This document shows, piece after piece, positions 1 to 13,087 of a stretch of DNA of 64,000 bases. The DNA lies in the NCBI GenBank assembly GCA_000165345.1, contig CM000433.1, forward strand, positions 160,001-224,000, given 5' to 3'. A program made the position numbers and the translations under genes. Under the pieces are notes generated by a model. It ran no database searches and was not told the DNA's origin. It saw only the letters and a program-made list of their open reading frames with translations. The number at the start of each line of letters is the position of its first letter. The first letter of the stretch is position 1.

Positions 1-1260
<1,260 letters not shown>

Positions 1261-1391
1261 TTAGTGAAAGCACAAATTTCATATATTAATTTTCCTTGCT
1301 TCAACGTTGATTTTTCCTCTCAATAATTCATGTTGAATTTAAGTTCCTCTACACGGTTTTTATTATTTCCTTTAAATATACAAATTGACTA

Positions 1392-1399
1392 TGGCGCCC
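1392..1399. promoter_or_regulatory. E2F-like GC box TGGCGCCC, ~140 bp upstream of the RUVBL2 start
   Basis: A GC-rich octamer in an AT-rich intergenic region, with a nearby CCGCCAT at 1419..1425. Confidence 0.4.
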
Positions 1400-1702
1400 A
1401 CCACTTTCTTACTATTCCCCGCCATTTATTAATTATTTTTGACCAAAACGCCTTAAAGATTTAACAAATTTTATTGAGGCCATAAAGTATAAGATGGAGT
1501 CGTATAAAACTCAGAAACATGTATTGACTGCTACTGAAAACATGCTAGTAATGTTTTGCTTTAAAAAAAAAATAGTAACAACTTAAACTGATAGAAAAAA
1601 GAAATTTAATTAATCATTAAAAATAGAAAAAATTTTCCTCGAAATCTCGAAGTTAATTATTAAATATATATAGTTTTCTTGACTATTTTGTTGTATCACT
1701 AA

Positions 1703-2786
1703 TTAAGGGTCTAGTTTTAAATATTCATCATCGAAATGATTAATACGCACAAAGCCATCCTCTCCACCAGTAGTAAAACTCATACCATCAGGGGCATAGA
1801 CTAAGGCATTCATAGTACCAAAGTGACCTTTAATAGCGCCAAGCTCAGTACCATAAATCATGTGCATAATTAGAGTCTGAAATTTACCTTCTTGAGTACC
1901 AGTAGTCGTGACATCTTGTGCGAGTTGGCCACCTCCAAGTAAAATGTGTCTCTTTGGGTCTTTTTCTTTGTTAAAGTTTGGAGATATAGAACAGCCATTC
2001 AAAAGACGATTAGTTGTATACTTTCTAATTTCCTTTAAGTTTACCATATCCCATAACTTTGCTGTCATATCATGGCTACATGTTAACATTAAGGTTCTAT
2101 CCTCAGAGAATGAACAGCATGTGAGTAACTTAGAATGGGCTCTAAGAACCTCATATGGCTCCGAACTTTGCCTGATATCCCAAATGTAAATACCTCCATC
2201 TTCATGACCAGAAATAATATTTTGATCAAACATACCCCAGTGAGCTCGTGTGATTCTGCTGTTGATTCCTGTAATTCTAACGCCCTCCATATTTGGATCA
2301 CCGACTTTCTTTATAAGTAACTGACGAGGCTCTGGATAGAATTGGTCTACAGCAACAACAAACTTGTCTTGATTATCATACTTTCTATTGAACTCAACAA
2401 AACGGCAAGTACCGCTCATAGGATAAGAGGAGATTATCTCTGCTCTTTCGATATCAAAGCTCACGCACTTCTGGTCTGCTGAAGACATTATCAAAGTTTT
2501 CCCATCTAATGATGGGTCACAATTCCAAACTGCTGCTCTTCCGGCCTCGTATTTAGCAGCAACCTTTCCATCGGATGTAAATGAACATGCAACTGAACCA
2601 TCCTATAATTAATAATATTAATATTAGTTAAATTAGTTCTCAGTAATTTTCCCAGTATTACTTAAATGGAAAAATTTACAAAATTAAATGACTTACCTTG
2701 CCACATGAAAATACCAGATCTCCGTCAAAATTATAAGTTACAAATGTAATAGGACGCTCATGAGCTTGTAATACTATTGGCCTCAT
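1703..2786 (-). CDS. EIF3I: Translation initiation factor eIF3 subunit I (WD40), two exons
   Basis: Exon 1 is 2786..2697 ([30 protein letters not shown]), with a GTAAGT donor at 2696. The 94-nt intron 2603..2696 ends at acceptor ..attatAG. Exon 2 is 2602..1703 and continues [29 protein letters not shown]... with WD repeats. Both junctions are phase 0. The N-terminus MRPI(V/L)LQGHER is the hallmark eIF3i start. Confidence 0.8.
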
Positions 2787-3331
2787 TTTATTTATTCTTT
2801 TCAGAGTAAGTGTTTATTAAACTTTGAATATAACTCTTAATCAACATATAATTTTTTACTATTTCAAAAATCCCTCTCAACCCGGCAGTCTTCAATTTCA
2901 GGAGAACTCCAAGATTAAGCTAAAATTAGTTCCTGAATCCTTCCTGTATCAAGTATTAAAGTTGCGGCTGCTAAAAAGCCACCTTGATTACTCGAATATT
3001 TCTTTTTTCCCAGTCAAGAGGAAAAAATTTTTCAATAAATATTCCTCTGAATTTCTATTGGCATCTTTTACATTTAATGAGACGGACGTATTTGCCGCGC
3101 GCGGTATTATTGCTATTTATTTGTTATTCAATACCTTATTACAACCAATTTGGAATGCATGCAGAAATGCGGCTACAATTCATAAATATTAAAAATCAAT
3201 TATAAAAGCCTAAACCAAATAATTAAATAAATAAAAGACCACATTTAATCAAATCAAAAACTACGTGCTAAATCACAAATAAATGTGAATTTGCTACAAT
3301 TAATTCTGCTGATAGAACATCAAGCTAATTA

Positions 3332-5530
3332 CTACATATATGATAGCTTTAAAGGAATATATTTTTTAGGTTTGAATTTGTTTACATTCCAATGCTGGCT
3401 TGGATCATTTGGATCACAGTCCAATAGTTCTGCCTTATGCTTTGTTGAGGAATCATTGTCTTCAGTCAATGAAAGACATACATACTTATTGGGCTCAACA
3501 TTAGCCTTAATCATTTCATTTTCTAGCCTCCAAACATTTGTCATTTCACTATTAGAGCATGCAGCATACTTCAAATTAGATCCTATGCAATAGCTCTCCT
3601 TAGAAACAATACGAATTTGTTGTGTATGATTAGACATCATAAATGCTTGAGTACCTTTTTTCCCATGGCAATGGAACACTCCAATCTTGTCACCATCGGT
3701 TTGCCCCCCCATAGAGTCTAAGCAAATATTATCTAGTTTTTTGTTCCTAATTTCCCCCACGAAAAGTAGATGATCCAATTGAGTTATGTAAGTCTCTGGA
3801 GCAACATTATCCAAGAACCATCTAAATGGTTTGCATTTAAGTTTTTTCTTAAGATGTAGCATGTCATCAAATGAACCAAGTTTAATATTAGGATTAGGTG
3901 CAAGCATTTCAGTTATTTGGTAGAATTCGTCCATCCATACTCTGGCTGTACGAAGTCTATTGTGCCATAAGCTTTCCGGAGGTGAACTGTACCCAACGCC
4001 TTTCTTTCTGAAAATATGGAATACTCTAGAGCAAGGAGTGCATTCAATTTGACCCCCACACATCCATATCCTAAAGCTTATTTCAACATTTTCGGCACCC
4101 CAATGCCTAAATTTCTCATCATAACCACCCAAATGCCAAAAATAGTCTCTTTTCATTGCAAAAAGACCCCCTGCCATGACTGGAGATTTTATCGGAGTAG
4201 TATCATTTATAGGCCCAGTTAATGTAGCCTGTTCTAAAATTGAATATTTGAACCCGAGCCTGCATCCAATACCCGAAAAATTGCTAAATGCAAAGTTAAC
4301 CGGGTCTATTGAATCAATTTGTGGCATTACCACGGATTTCGGTGATTCTTTAAGCCTTAAAAGTTGAGGTTCGAGCCACTGTCTCGAAGTCTCAATATGG
4401 CTATCTAGTATTACAATCACAGGAGCAGAAGCAGCCCTGACACCGCTTAGTCTAGCACCTACGATACCTTTACGTTCAGTTAAATGGACAACTCGGACTT
4501 TAGGAAGAAGTCGAATATAATCGTCAAGAAAACCACCCGGAACTAAATCAATCATATCTGATCCGTCATTGACAAGAATAATCTCACGTAGTAACGGTGG
4601 TGGTGTATTGTTTAAAACGGAATGAACTGATCTTAATAAAGTAGAAAGAGGTTCATTGTAAAAAGTAATTATGACGGACGCATCATCAAGATCTTTTATC
4701 GGGTAAATCATGTTTCTGCAAATAGGGTCTCTAACTTCCAATGGAACTCTATCCAAAGAAAGGAAATCGGATAATTGTCTGTTGAAACCGCCTCCTTTTG
4801 CTAAAAAACTCTCCTCGTTGTTTTTATTAATTTCTGGAGGCTTTTCAATAAAAGCAAAAGGAGTAGTACCATTCGGAAAAATACCAAGAATACCATGTTG
4901 TCTTAAATCGTTATAACCTGGAAATACTGCAAGTGAATTTAAGTACTGACTTGAAGTATTTGAAAACAACGCTGAATACTCTTTGTGTTCAATATAAGGA
5001 AGTAATTTTGAGCCGAGGTCATATAGCTTTACAAGAGTAAGCCCCAAATCAGTGTTGTAATCTATTCCAGTATCCTCTGGGGATGCAAATGCTAAATTAT
5101 CAAAATATTTAGTAATTGCAGTGCTTTCCGTTAAGTTCCTAACATTACCATAATTTGTAAGATTATATTTATCTGGCATTGTTCTTAATTTAATAATATA
5201 GCTTTGATGTCTTGAATCAGACTCACCAACTAGCTTCATGAAATCTACATTAATGTCTTCATTAGTAGTATTAATGCAATTACCCTTAATTAAGCATCTG
5301 AAAACTTTCATGCCTCTTCCACTAATACCCCTTAAGCTCTTGCTAACCGAAGAAGACATATAATTACCTGTACTTGATATAACTAGTTGGTGCACTATTG
5401 TGAAAGATAATGCCCAAAGTAAAATAATTACTAACACTAAGTAGAGGAGCTTATTCCTACATACGAATGCTCTTCCAAGCTGGTAATGTATCCTTCTGAA
5501 AAATCTTCGAAATATATTTGTTTGGCTCAT
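3332..5530 (-). CDS. Polypeptide N-acetylgalactosaminyltransferase (GT27, type II membrane) with C-terminal ricin-B lectin domain
   Basis: N-terminal signal anchor LLYLVLVIILLWALSFTIV. The GT-A catalytic core carries VILDSHIE (DxH) and the Gal/GalNAc-T motif WGAENVEISFRIWMCGG. The C-terminal Cys-rich ricin-type lectin has QxW repeats (CLDSMGG..QHW). Confidence 0.85.
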   Translation of the reverse strand: MSQTNIFRRFFRRIHYQLGRAFVCRNKLLYLVLVIILLWALSFTIVHQLVISSTGNYMSSSVSKSLRGISGRGMKVFRCLIKGNCINTTNEDINVDFMKLVGESDSRHQSYIIKLRTMPDKYNLTNYGNVRNLTESTAITKYFDNLAFASPEDTGIDYNTDLGLTLVKLYDLGSKLLPYIEHKEYSALFSNTSSQYLNSLAVFPGYNDLRQHGILGIFPNGTTPFAFIEKPPEINKNNEESFLAKGGGFNRQLSDFLSLDRVPLEVRDPICRNMIYPIKDLDDASVIITFYNEPLSTLLRSVHSVLNNTPPPLLREIILVNDGSDMIDLVPGGFLDDYIRLLPKVRVVHLTERKGIVGARLSGVRAASAPVIVILDSHIETSRQWLEPQLLRLKESPKSVVMPQIDSIDPVNFAFSNFSGIGCRLGFKYSILEQATLTGPINDTTPIKSPVMAGGLFAMKRDYFWHLGGYDEKFRHWGAENVEISFRIWMCGGQIECTPCSRVFHIFRKKGVGYSSPPESLWHNRLRTARVWMDEFYQITEMLAPNPNIKLGSFDDMLHLKKKLKCKPFRWFLDNVAPETYITQLDHLLFVGEIRNKKLDNICLDSMGGQTDGDKIGVFHCHGKKGTQAFMMSNHTQQIRIVSKESYCIGSNLKYAACSNSEMTNVWRLENEMIKANVEPNKYVCLSLTEDNDSSTKHKAELLDCDPNDPSQHWNVNKFKPKKYIPLKLSYM

Positions 5531-6891
5531 TTTTTAAATATTCAATTTATTTGTGTATTAATACGTTTTTTTGTTTTTTTATTCTGTACTTTACGGTGCA
5601 GGATATTTTAATAAAATCAATTATGCAGAAATAATTTCTGGATTTACCTCTTGTCAGATAAATACTCAGGAATGTAATAATAACAGCAATTCACTCATAC
5701 AACGGTACAATACTCTTTAATCATCACTAATCCATTGAAAATATTCTCCAAAAAACTTCTCCTCACTTTATAAAACTTATTAAAAACTCTTCATCCATAA
5801 ATATGCCCCGCCCAATACCTGCATAAACTACATGTGGCAAGAAAAAAAAAATTAGGAAATATTTGCATAAATATTTGTAAAAGAATCCGATTCCTAATTT
5901 ACTGCTACTAAAAATATTTTTGGGGTATTAATTTAATTATTATTAGAAATATCACACTACAAAAAAAATGATTATAAGACTTCATTTTTCGAGTCTGCAG
6001 ATGCCCCCCTGCACATCCTAATTTGTGTACGAAATCAAAACTCCTACTCTACTCATCTTGAACTAAAAAAGTAAATAGTTTTTCTTTGAATTGGGAAAAG
6101 CAAGAAACATTTTTGGCTGAACCTAAAACCTTTAGCCTAATGCTTTTTGCAAATATTGATAAAAAAAAAAATGCGAAATATTTGTGTGAAATCAATTGTT
6201 TATCATCTCCCTTAATATATCTTTCCATTCATTTATCGTAAAAATCTAAGTAATAAAAGACTAATAGAATTACAAATATTATTTAAATATTTATTCATTA
6301 GCAATGATAAGAAAGCAATACGTACTGAACTGCAATAAGTGTAAGATAAAAGAATAGCCAAAAAAAATATAAACTTTGACAAAAAAAATAATACATTCAA
6401 ATATATCTTGTAAAAGTTTATCAATATTTCGTATTGCTTATCTTTCAAAATGCAGAGACGTCTCCAAAATAAAAATCTGGTCGAATTGCTTGTTACCATG
6501 CTTTTTTTCCTTTTAAAAGCAAATTACATGTAAAATTAGGGATCCCTATTTCAAACCATGTATCATTAACCGCAAGCAATAATGCGATAAACTGCAAAAA
6601 TTCTTACTTCGCATATTTTGCTTGTAAATATTAAATCAACACAGAAAGCCACAATTCTAATACAAAAGTAGAGCTGCTGATCTTATTTTTTTTTGCTAAT
6701 CCGCTCTTACAAAGATTCTTGAAATATGCAAAAAATTGAGTATTTTTGCTCAATGATGAAAATCTTGGTCAGAAAATCATGTAAACAAACCGCTTCTGAC
6801 ATCAAAATTCTGAAACACATCACTACACATTCTACTTTTTCCAACAACTTGCAATCTCTTTTCTTATTCATCTCTCAGAAAACCTATTTTG

Positions 6892-8400
6892 TCAATACAT
6901 ACCTCTTAGCCTTCCATGGGTTGGAACAGCGCCGGGTACCGAATATGGGAGAGCTCCTGAAGGTGCATACCTTCCTTGAGCATATGGTCCAGGGCGTGCC
7001 ATATTTGGAGCATACATATGTGGAGGGGGTATAGCAGGTCTAGGTGGATGAGCTCCAGGTGCGGCAGCCGATGAAGTGCTTGCTGTTGATGTTGCAGGAT
7101 GATGATATGGATGAACATTTGAATCAGATACCCCTTGTTGCTCCGAGAGGTAGTCTTCCTGATTGTCGTAATTTGGAGCGGAACTGGAATTATTATTACT
7201 TACATTACTTGCGTTCAAATTAGATGCATTAGAAGCGCCCGCTGATCCAGCAGTTTGGACCTGGAGATTGCCAGTTTGCTCTGGCGAAACGTCTCCATAA
7301 TGGGAGCCTAAATTTGGAATTACTGGAGGCATAGACACCGATACACTTGCAGATGACTGAGGTCCAGGTGCAGTTGCATGGTGTATAGGAGGAGCAATTT
7401 GGCCGTAGCCCCCAGTGGCATAAATATTTGATGAGTATCCAGAAGCATACCCTGTGTACATATACCTAGGGTCATGCCTGCCGTATCTTCCATAAATTTG
7501 CTGGCTTGGAACACCGCCAGCATGCACAGGTAAGTACGGGTTTCTGTAATAGTCAGCATAATTTGAATTGGCTGTGGTAGATGCTGCAGCAAGTGCAGGG
7601 TTCGTCCTAACTCTAGGATTTCCTAATGAGGGAGCGTGCCCCCCCGAATTAGATTGATTTGAGTTTCCTGCCATAATTTCTCTAGGAAGAGCTTTTTTAC
7701 ACTCAACCCATTTATTATCAATTTGATGATCATAATAATGCCTCATAACCTCCTCCACTGCATCCGGTGATTCATACTCAACAAATCCAAAACCCCTATG
7801 TCTATTAGTATCTCTATCTACCATAACACTAAGATTCTTAATAGTACCGTATTTCCCAAAATGCTCTCTAAGTTTCTCATCAGTACAGCTCTGAGGAAGT
7901 CCTCCAACAAATATCTTGGTTGCACTAAAACCTCCTGAAGAACCTCCTGCGCCCCCAATATGGGATCTTCCAGTTACATTAGAATTGCTATTTGCAGTAT
8001 TACTTCCACTATTTCCACTGATATTTGCATTATTCGCGTTAGTATTGCCCGAATTATTACTAGCCTGATTATTGCTATCTGCAGATTCATCTGCTTCATT
8101 TGCTTGAATTACACCTCTCGGGACTGCTCTCTTACAATCTATCTCTTTTCCATCAACAATCTGAGGAGAAGATAAAACTGCATCAACAGATTCCTCTGAG
8201 GCAAAAGTGATAAAACCAAATCCACGTGATCTGCCTGTAGTCTTCTCTGTTAACACCACTGAGTCCACTATCTCACCATATGGAGAAAAATGAGTCCTCA
8301 ATGAAGCATTTGTTGTGACATCACTTAATCCTCCACAAAATATCTTAGCAGGTACCGTAGGACCTCCACTGCTACCACCCTCTGTTTGAAGTGTCGTCAT
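6892..8400 (-). CDS. RNA-binding protein with two RRMs (hnRNP A/B / Musashi-like) and a long Gly/Tyr/Asn/Pro/Ser-rich low-complexity tail
   Basis: RRM1 reads KIFCGGLSDVTT..RGFGFITFASEESVDAV and RRM2 reads KIFVGGLPQSCT..RGFGFVEYESPDAVEEV. The stop overlaps a GTATGT donor-like site (AGAG|GTATGT at ~6895), so a short alternative 3' exon is possible. Confidence 0.7.
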   Translation of the reverse strand: MTTLQTEGGSSGGPTVPAKIFCGGLSDVTTNASLRTHFSPYGEIVDSVVLTEKTTGRSRGFGFITFASEESVDAVLSSPQIVDGKEIDCKRAVPRGVIQANEADESADSNNQASNNSGNTNANNANISGNSGSNTANSNSNVTGRSHIGGAGGSSGGFSATKIFVGGLPQSCTDEKLREHFGKYGTIKNLSVMVDRDTNRHRGFGFVEYESPDAVEEVMRHYYDHQIDNKWVECKKALPREIMAGNSNQSNSGGHAPSLGNPRVRTNPALAAASTTANSNYADYYRNPYLPVHAGGVPSQQIYGRYGRHDPRYMYTGYASGYSSNIYATGGYGQIAPPIHHATAPGPQSSASVSVSMPPVIPNLGSHYGDVSPEQTGNLQVQTAGSAGASNASNLNASNVSNNNSSSAPNYDNQEDYLSEQQGVSDSNVHPYHHPATSTASTSSAAAPGAHPPRPAIPPPHMYAPNMARPGPYAQGRYAPSGALPYSVPGAVPTHGRLRGMY

Positions 8401-8449
8401 TGTATTAGTAATTAGTTAATATATATATCATAAATATAAAAATATATAC

Positions 8450-8466
8450 ATATATATATATATATT
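8450..8466. repeat. (TA)n dinucleotide microsatellite
   Basis: catatatatatatatatatt, in the intergenic region upstream of the RRM gene. Confidence 0.8.
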
Positions 8467-9596
8467 TAATTAAATATACACATATATTTATTATACTTAA
8501 ATGTGATTTTTAAGTTATTCAATCAATATCTGTGATTTTTACGATAACGATGCTACTCACTTATACTCTCATTCTAAATTCTCGTTCGAATAATTAACCC
8601 TTCTTTAGAGCTTATGCTAAGTCTCTTCTAACTTATGGGATATCTACTTATACACACACGAAACTACCAAAATCCTTGAAATCTAAAAAATCACAATACT
8701 TTACTTGAACCAAGTTTCATATGTTAATTCCCCTTGTATTTATACTCGTACAAATACAAAAATAAATCTCAATATTTATATATAGCTAGTATATATACTT
8801 ATTTAGCCTTACTCGTACTGACTAATATAAATATTTTTCCGTACAAAAAGAAGAAACTAAACTCCCTCCTGCACTTTATTGCTTCCAACACCTCTGTCGT
8901 GAAGATAATAATTTATTTATTTCACAACTTCATTAATCCAAACTCAACTCTTTCTCGAGAGACCTCTCGTTATTGCGGCAAAGACGACAGTGGATGCGTC
9001 GGGTGCGCCGCCATCTCGTCTTTTATTATTTTATATATAAAATTAATATTAAATATATCTTTTTAATAAACCAAATTTTATTTAATTTTGCTTTCAATAA
9101 CTTTTCACTACGTTTTCTTCACTATTATTCCTTTAAATTTTCACTCCCAATGTTAATTTCAAGTTAATAAATACTTATTAATTGCCAAATAACGTTTGGC
9201 GCCCAAATGTTTGTTAACTTTCATTATTTTTGTCTATACGAAATAAATGGCTCGAATTATAAAAAAACATAATTTCGAAAATGCATGCCAATTTTTGTTA
9301 GTACATGCATTTTTATGTTTTGAATATTTGTCTGCAAAGCACCACATTTAATTCATGTTTTTCCTCCCTAGTACACAAAACACTTTTTGAATTATCTGAA
9401 TAAACTAATAAAAAATACATATATAAATATATCTGTTTTTCCTGTAAATTTTTTAAAGGATGTACAATTTCATTTCATTTCTAGTAGAATTCACAAAAGA
9501 ATGGTTCAGAAAAAGAAGATAAACCTATTGATATCTTCAAAAATTATTGAACTCGAAGCTTATTCAATTAAAATAGTTAATAAAAGTTATACTTCT

Positions 9597-10799
9597 CTAA
9601 ATGGAAGGTAAAAGAATCCAGCAAAGCGGAATCTGGACTAACGATGAAATAATGATTACAATCGTAAGGCCCGACTGTTGAATCATGCTGAATTGATTGC
9701 TAAAGCTTCGTGTAGATATTACTTTGAGCATCATATAAACTAATAAAGAAGATGAAATGGAAAAGTATATAAAAAGTGCCCAAAAGAGATAAGTTTTTAT
9801 TCCACCTGTGGATAAGAGTGCGAAATCACACAGAACAATCGAAGTATACTTGTATCCCAAAGTACTAATTAGGTCCAAAGTTGATAAAACCCTTGCGGCA
9901 AAAATATAAGCGACTAATTGGAAAAGAATTATCTCCGTTATTAATAGCACTATTGAAAATGTCGCAGTTGAACCAAGCATCTGGGGATTGAATTGAGAAA
10001 ACACACCATTAATTACACCGTCTGCCAAAATATATGTTATAAATCCCATCAATGGAATATAAAGATCGGAGAAAAGTGTTGGAAGGTTCACTCCTCCATC
10101 GTTTGCATTAGAGGAAATAGAAGTATGGTTTTCATAAGAAAATGATTTTCTTTTATTTTGAGTAAAAAATGTGATGTAAGGGCAGATAATCAAAAGTATT
10201 TTCTTTATTACATATTCATGGCTTACTGCAAAATGGGACCTTAGTGAAGCAATTGTTTGTGGAAACCAAAGCTGGAGTTGGCTGATCTTCTCAGAATTTA
10301 ATCCAGTTGTCTCTTTAACGGTATTTGACACAATACCCATCACAAGCTGGGATGTATTATTCCCGAAATTAAGCATATTATTGCCAGGGATAGAGCCTCC
10401 GTTATTCACTCCTCCAAATCCACCATTTGATCCATTACTGTTCATTTCTGGAGCATTGTAACTCTGATAGTTATCATTACTAAAGGCAGGGAATTGTTGG
10501 TTGGCATTATTGAATGTATTGAAAGTATTTGAATCCGCATCATTTGTATTTAATGAAAATGCTCCAGATCCAACGTTGAAACTATTATTGGTGTTACTAT
10601 CCCAGTTATAAAAATCCATCTGTTGGCCACTTAGATGTCCATTTTGGCTATAACTCATAGAGGGGTTATTGCTATAATAATTGTTTTCAGGAAAACCAGA
10701 AACATTAGCGCGTGCTCCGAAAGGATTATTTAATGGCTTATCGCCTCCATAGTTGTGCATATGCTCTGATGTATTGTTTACTTTTCTAATTCCGTTCAT
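9597..10799 (-). CDS. YIF1: YIF1 (Yip1-interacting factor) family Golgi membrane protein with an N/S/G-rich N-terminal extension
   Basis: Strong collinear similarity to YIF1: HFAVSHEYVIKKI (cf. YFAVDTAYVAKKL), DLYIPLMGFITYIL (cf. DLYIPTMAFITYVL) and GYKYTSIVL (cf. GYKYVGMIL), plus five C-terminal TM segments. Confidence 0.75.
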   Translation of the reverse strand: MNGIRKVNNTSEHMHNYGGDKPLNNPFGARANVSGFPENNYYSNNPSMSYSQNGHLSGQQMDFYNWDSNTNNSFNVGSGAFSLNTNDADSNTFNTFNNANQQFPAFSNDNYQSYNAPEMNSNGSNGGFGGVNNGGSIPGNNMLNFGNNTSQLVMGIVSNTVKETTGLNSEKISQLQLWFPQTIASLRSHFAVSHEYVIKKILLIICPYITFFTQNKRKSFSYENHTSISSNANDGGVNLPTLFSDLYIPLMGFITYILADGVINGVFSQFNPQMLGSTATFSIVLLITEIILFQLVAYIFAARVLSTLDLISTLGYKYTSIVLCDFALLSTGGIKTYLFWALFIYFSISSSLLVYMMLKVISTRSFSNQFSMIQQSGLTIVIIISSLVQIPLCWILLPSI

Positions 10800-11112
10800 A
10801 TGGATAGTATTATACTTAGAACAATCTATTTATATAAGATCAAACTTAAAAGGACTTGTATGCGTTGTTTTATTGATATAAACTTCCTGTTAGCTTTAAT
10901 TCATATATTTACAGTTATATTAAAATAAACGCCATACTAAAACAATAATATATTAATATACTCGAAATGTAAAATTTAATGTTGCCAAAAATTTTGAGAA
11001 AATAAGAATCTTTTAACAAAGCAGCGGATGTTAAATTTGTGTATTGTATTAGCAAATTACCTAATTGTTGTAATTTGTAAATACAAAAGAAGAAGCTGCT
11101 TTTTTGGAAATT

Positions 11113-11134
11113 AAAAAAAAAAAAAAAAAAAAAA
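11113..11134. repeat. Poly(A) homopolymer tract (22 A)
   Basis: An uninterrupted run of A in the intergenic region between YIF1 and the choline kinase gene. Confidence 0.8.
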
Positions 11135-11602
11135 CCTGATTATATTTTAATAGATTATGAACTTTATACTTTCTTTTAATTTTGAATAACTTTATAAATT
11201 AATAATATCAAATTAACGCATAACAACTTTGGAATTTTGAGCTAATGTAAACGTTCACTCATGCAAACCCCCATAAATATATTTATTTATTTTTTTATGG
11301 TCAACTTTCTTGAAAAATATGTAATCTCGGTGATTTTTTTTTCGTTTTGGAATTCACAAATATTTACCACTCACCACATAGAAACTAATTTGAATTTGGG
11401 CGGGCACAAAATATAGAGCAATATTTTTTAGAATTTTTTTGTTTGAAAAGATCTAAGCCTATAAGAAGAGGAAGGAGGGAAAAAATAACAAACTGTTGTA
11501 TGATAACTGCTTAAAATAGAATTGTGAGTTATTTTATATGGAGTTCGGCAATATTTTTTTTAATTCCTCTATTTTTTAAAGCAGTATTAATAATAAAACT
11601 TA

Positions 11603-13087
11603 TTGGCTTATATTTGTATACATCAATTTATACATGATATTCCGAACATTAATAAGATTGATTACGGCATAAATATAGCTATTCTGAAGAAATACAATAA
11701 AAATTTATTTTATTGTCTGATCACATTTTGTCATTTATTTCAAATTATCTTTAAAATGACTTGGAATACAAACTTGTTAGAAAGTAAGCTAAAGGAGGCT
11801 GAAAGAGTGTCATGGAAGCTCTTCAAAACTGGAATATGTAAATGTTGCGATCCTGATAAGCTAATTAAGTCCAAAATTCTGACAGGTGGCTTATCTAATA
11901 TTTTGGTTTTAATTTCAATTTCAATAGATTCGTTTTGTGAAGATATGAAAAGGGTAAATAAGAATATTTTGATTTCAAACCTTAAAGTTAGATTTTATTC
12001 TGAAGAAAGAAAAATCTTTGTAAATGAAAAACGTGAACAATTAATTCAGAATTTACTTGCAAATGCAGGAATCATTAAACCAATACTACAATATTTTCAA
12101 GGAGGGCAAATAGAAGAATTTGTTGAAGGTAGGACTTTAGAAGTAGAGGATCTTAGAAATCGAAAAACATATATTCAGGTTGCAAAAAAAATTGCAAGTT
12201 TACACTCGATAAAAATTTCTCAAGATATTTTGGAAAATATTTGTTTGGAATATAATTCCGAAATTCATCAAAGCTTGGGAGACGTACCGTATTCTGAATC
12301 TAACAAGTCTATATCTATTTTATGGCCCACTCTGGACAAATGGGCATCTCTTTCGGAAAAATCTTTTAAACTAAATCATGGCAAATACCAAACTTGTATT
12401 AATTTTGAAAAATTAAGAATTCTTATCTGTAAATTAAAGAAAAGCCTATATTCTGACACTCTTTCCAAGTTAACTTGCTCAATTGTTGTTTCTCATTCCG
12501 ACTTACTCCCAGGAAATATAATTGAAACCTTGAATAATAATTACACTTTTATTGATTACGAGTTTTCTGGTACAATGGAATGTGTGTTTGATATAGGAAA
12601 TCATTTATGTGAATGGGCAGGATTTACCTGTAATTGGGAATATCTGCCAAATGATGAAACGATTTCTGAATTTTTAAAGTATTATATTGCAGGTCTATCA
12701 AGTAATAAATTTAAAGAAAACAGATTTGAATCTAAGAAAGATGAAGCTGTTAGTAATACTAATTTAGGTATTAAGAAAGACGAATTAGAAAATAATTACC
12801 AATGTATTAATCATGAAAAAAAAGAAGCTTTTGAATTTGAAAATTCTGACTCATCTTTAACCATTAAATCTTACGTAAAAGCTGTAAAAATTTGCATGGT
12901 TATTTCGAATATCTTTTGGGGGCTGTGGGGAATTTGCAAATCTGACATTAGATCAAATAACTCTTCTAACTCAGTTTTTGACTATAGGTCTTATGCATAC
13001 AGAAAACTTGAGTCAATAAATACTCAACCATATTTCCGAGATATATTAAAAGGGATTGATCAAGATATTGAATTCCCTGTATTTTAA
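11603..13087 (+). CDS. Choline/ethanolamine kinase
   Basis: Brenner motif HSDLLPGNII and choline-kinase motif IDYEFSGTMECVFDIGNHLCEW. The true start is probably the in-frame ATG at 11756 (MTWNTNLLESKL...). The first 50 codons of the ORF look non-coding (MAYICIHQFIHD...). Confidence 0.8.
   Translation: MAYICIHQFIHDIPNINKIDYGINIAILKKYNKNLFYCLITFCHLFQIIFKMTWNTNLLESKLKEAERVSWKLFKTGICKCCDPDKLIKSKILTGGLSNILVLISISIDSFCEDMKRVNKNILISNLKVRFYSEERKIFVNEKREQLIQNLLANAGIIKPILQYFQGGQIEEFVEGRTLEVEDLRNRKTYIQVAKKIASLHSIKISQDILENICLEYNSEIHQSLGDVPYSESNKSISILWPTLDKWASLSEKSFKLNHGKYQTCINFEKLRILICKLKKSLYSDTLSKLTCSIVVSHSDLLPGNIIETLNNNYTFIDYEFSGTMECVFDIGNHLCEWAGFTCNWEYLPNDETISEFLKYYIAGLSSNKFKENRFESKKDEAVSNTNLGIKKDELENNYQCINHEKKEAFEFENSDSSLTIKSYVKAVKICMVISNIFWGLWGICKSDIRSNNSSNSVFDYRSYAYRKLESINTQPYFRDILKGIDQDIEFPVF

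Noticed and set aside
5975-6020. GC-rich near-palindrome ctgcagatgcccccctgcacatcc upstream of ppGalNAc-T
   Set aside because: A single occurrence that does not match the recurring TGGCGCC family. Insufficient evidence for a distinct element.
8734-9611. ORFs 8734..9066, 8973..9167 and 9387..9611 in the RRM-YIF1 intergenic region, and 6233..6499, 52858..53136, 23042-like short ORFs in other AT-rich intergenic DNA
   Set aside because: They are Ile/Asn/Lys/Phe-rich translations of AT-rich sequence with no codon-usage signal or motifs. Open frames of this kind arise by chance in intergenic DNA.
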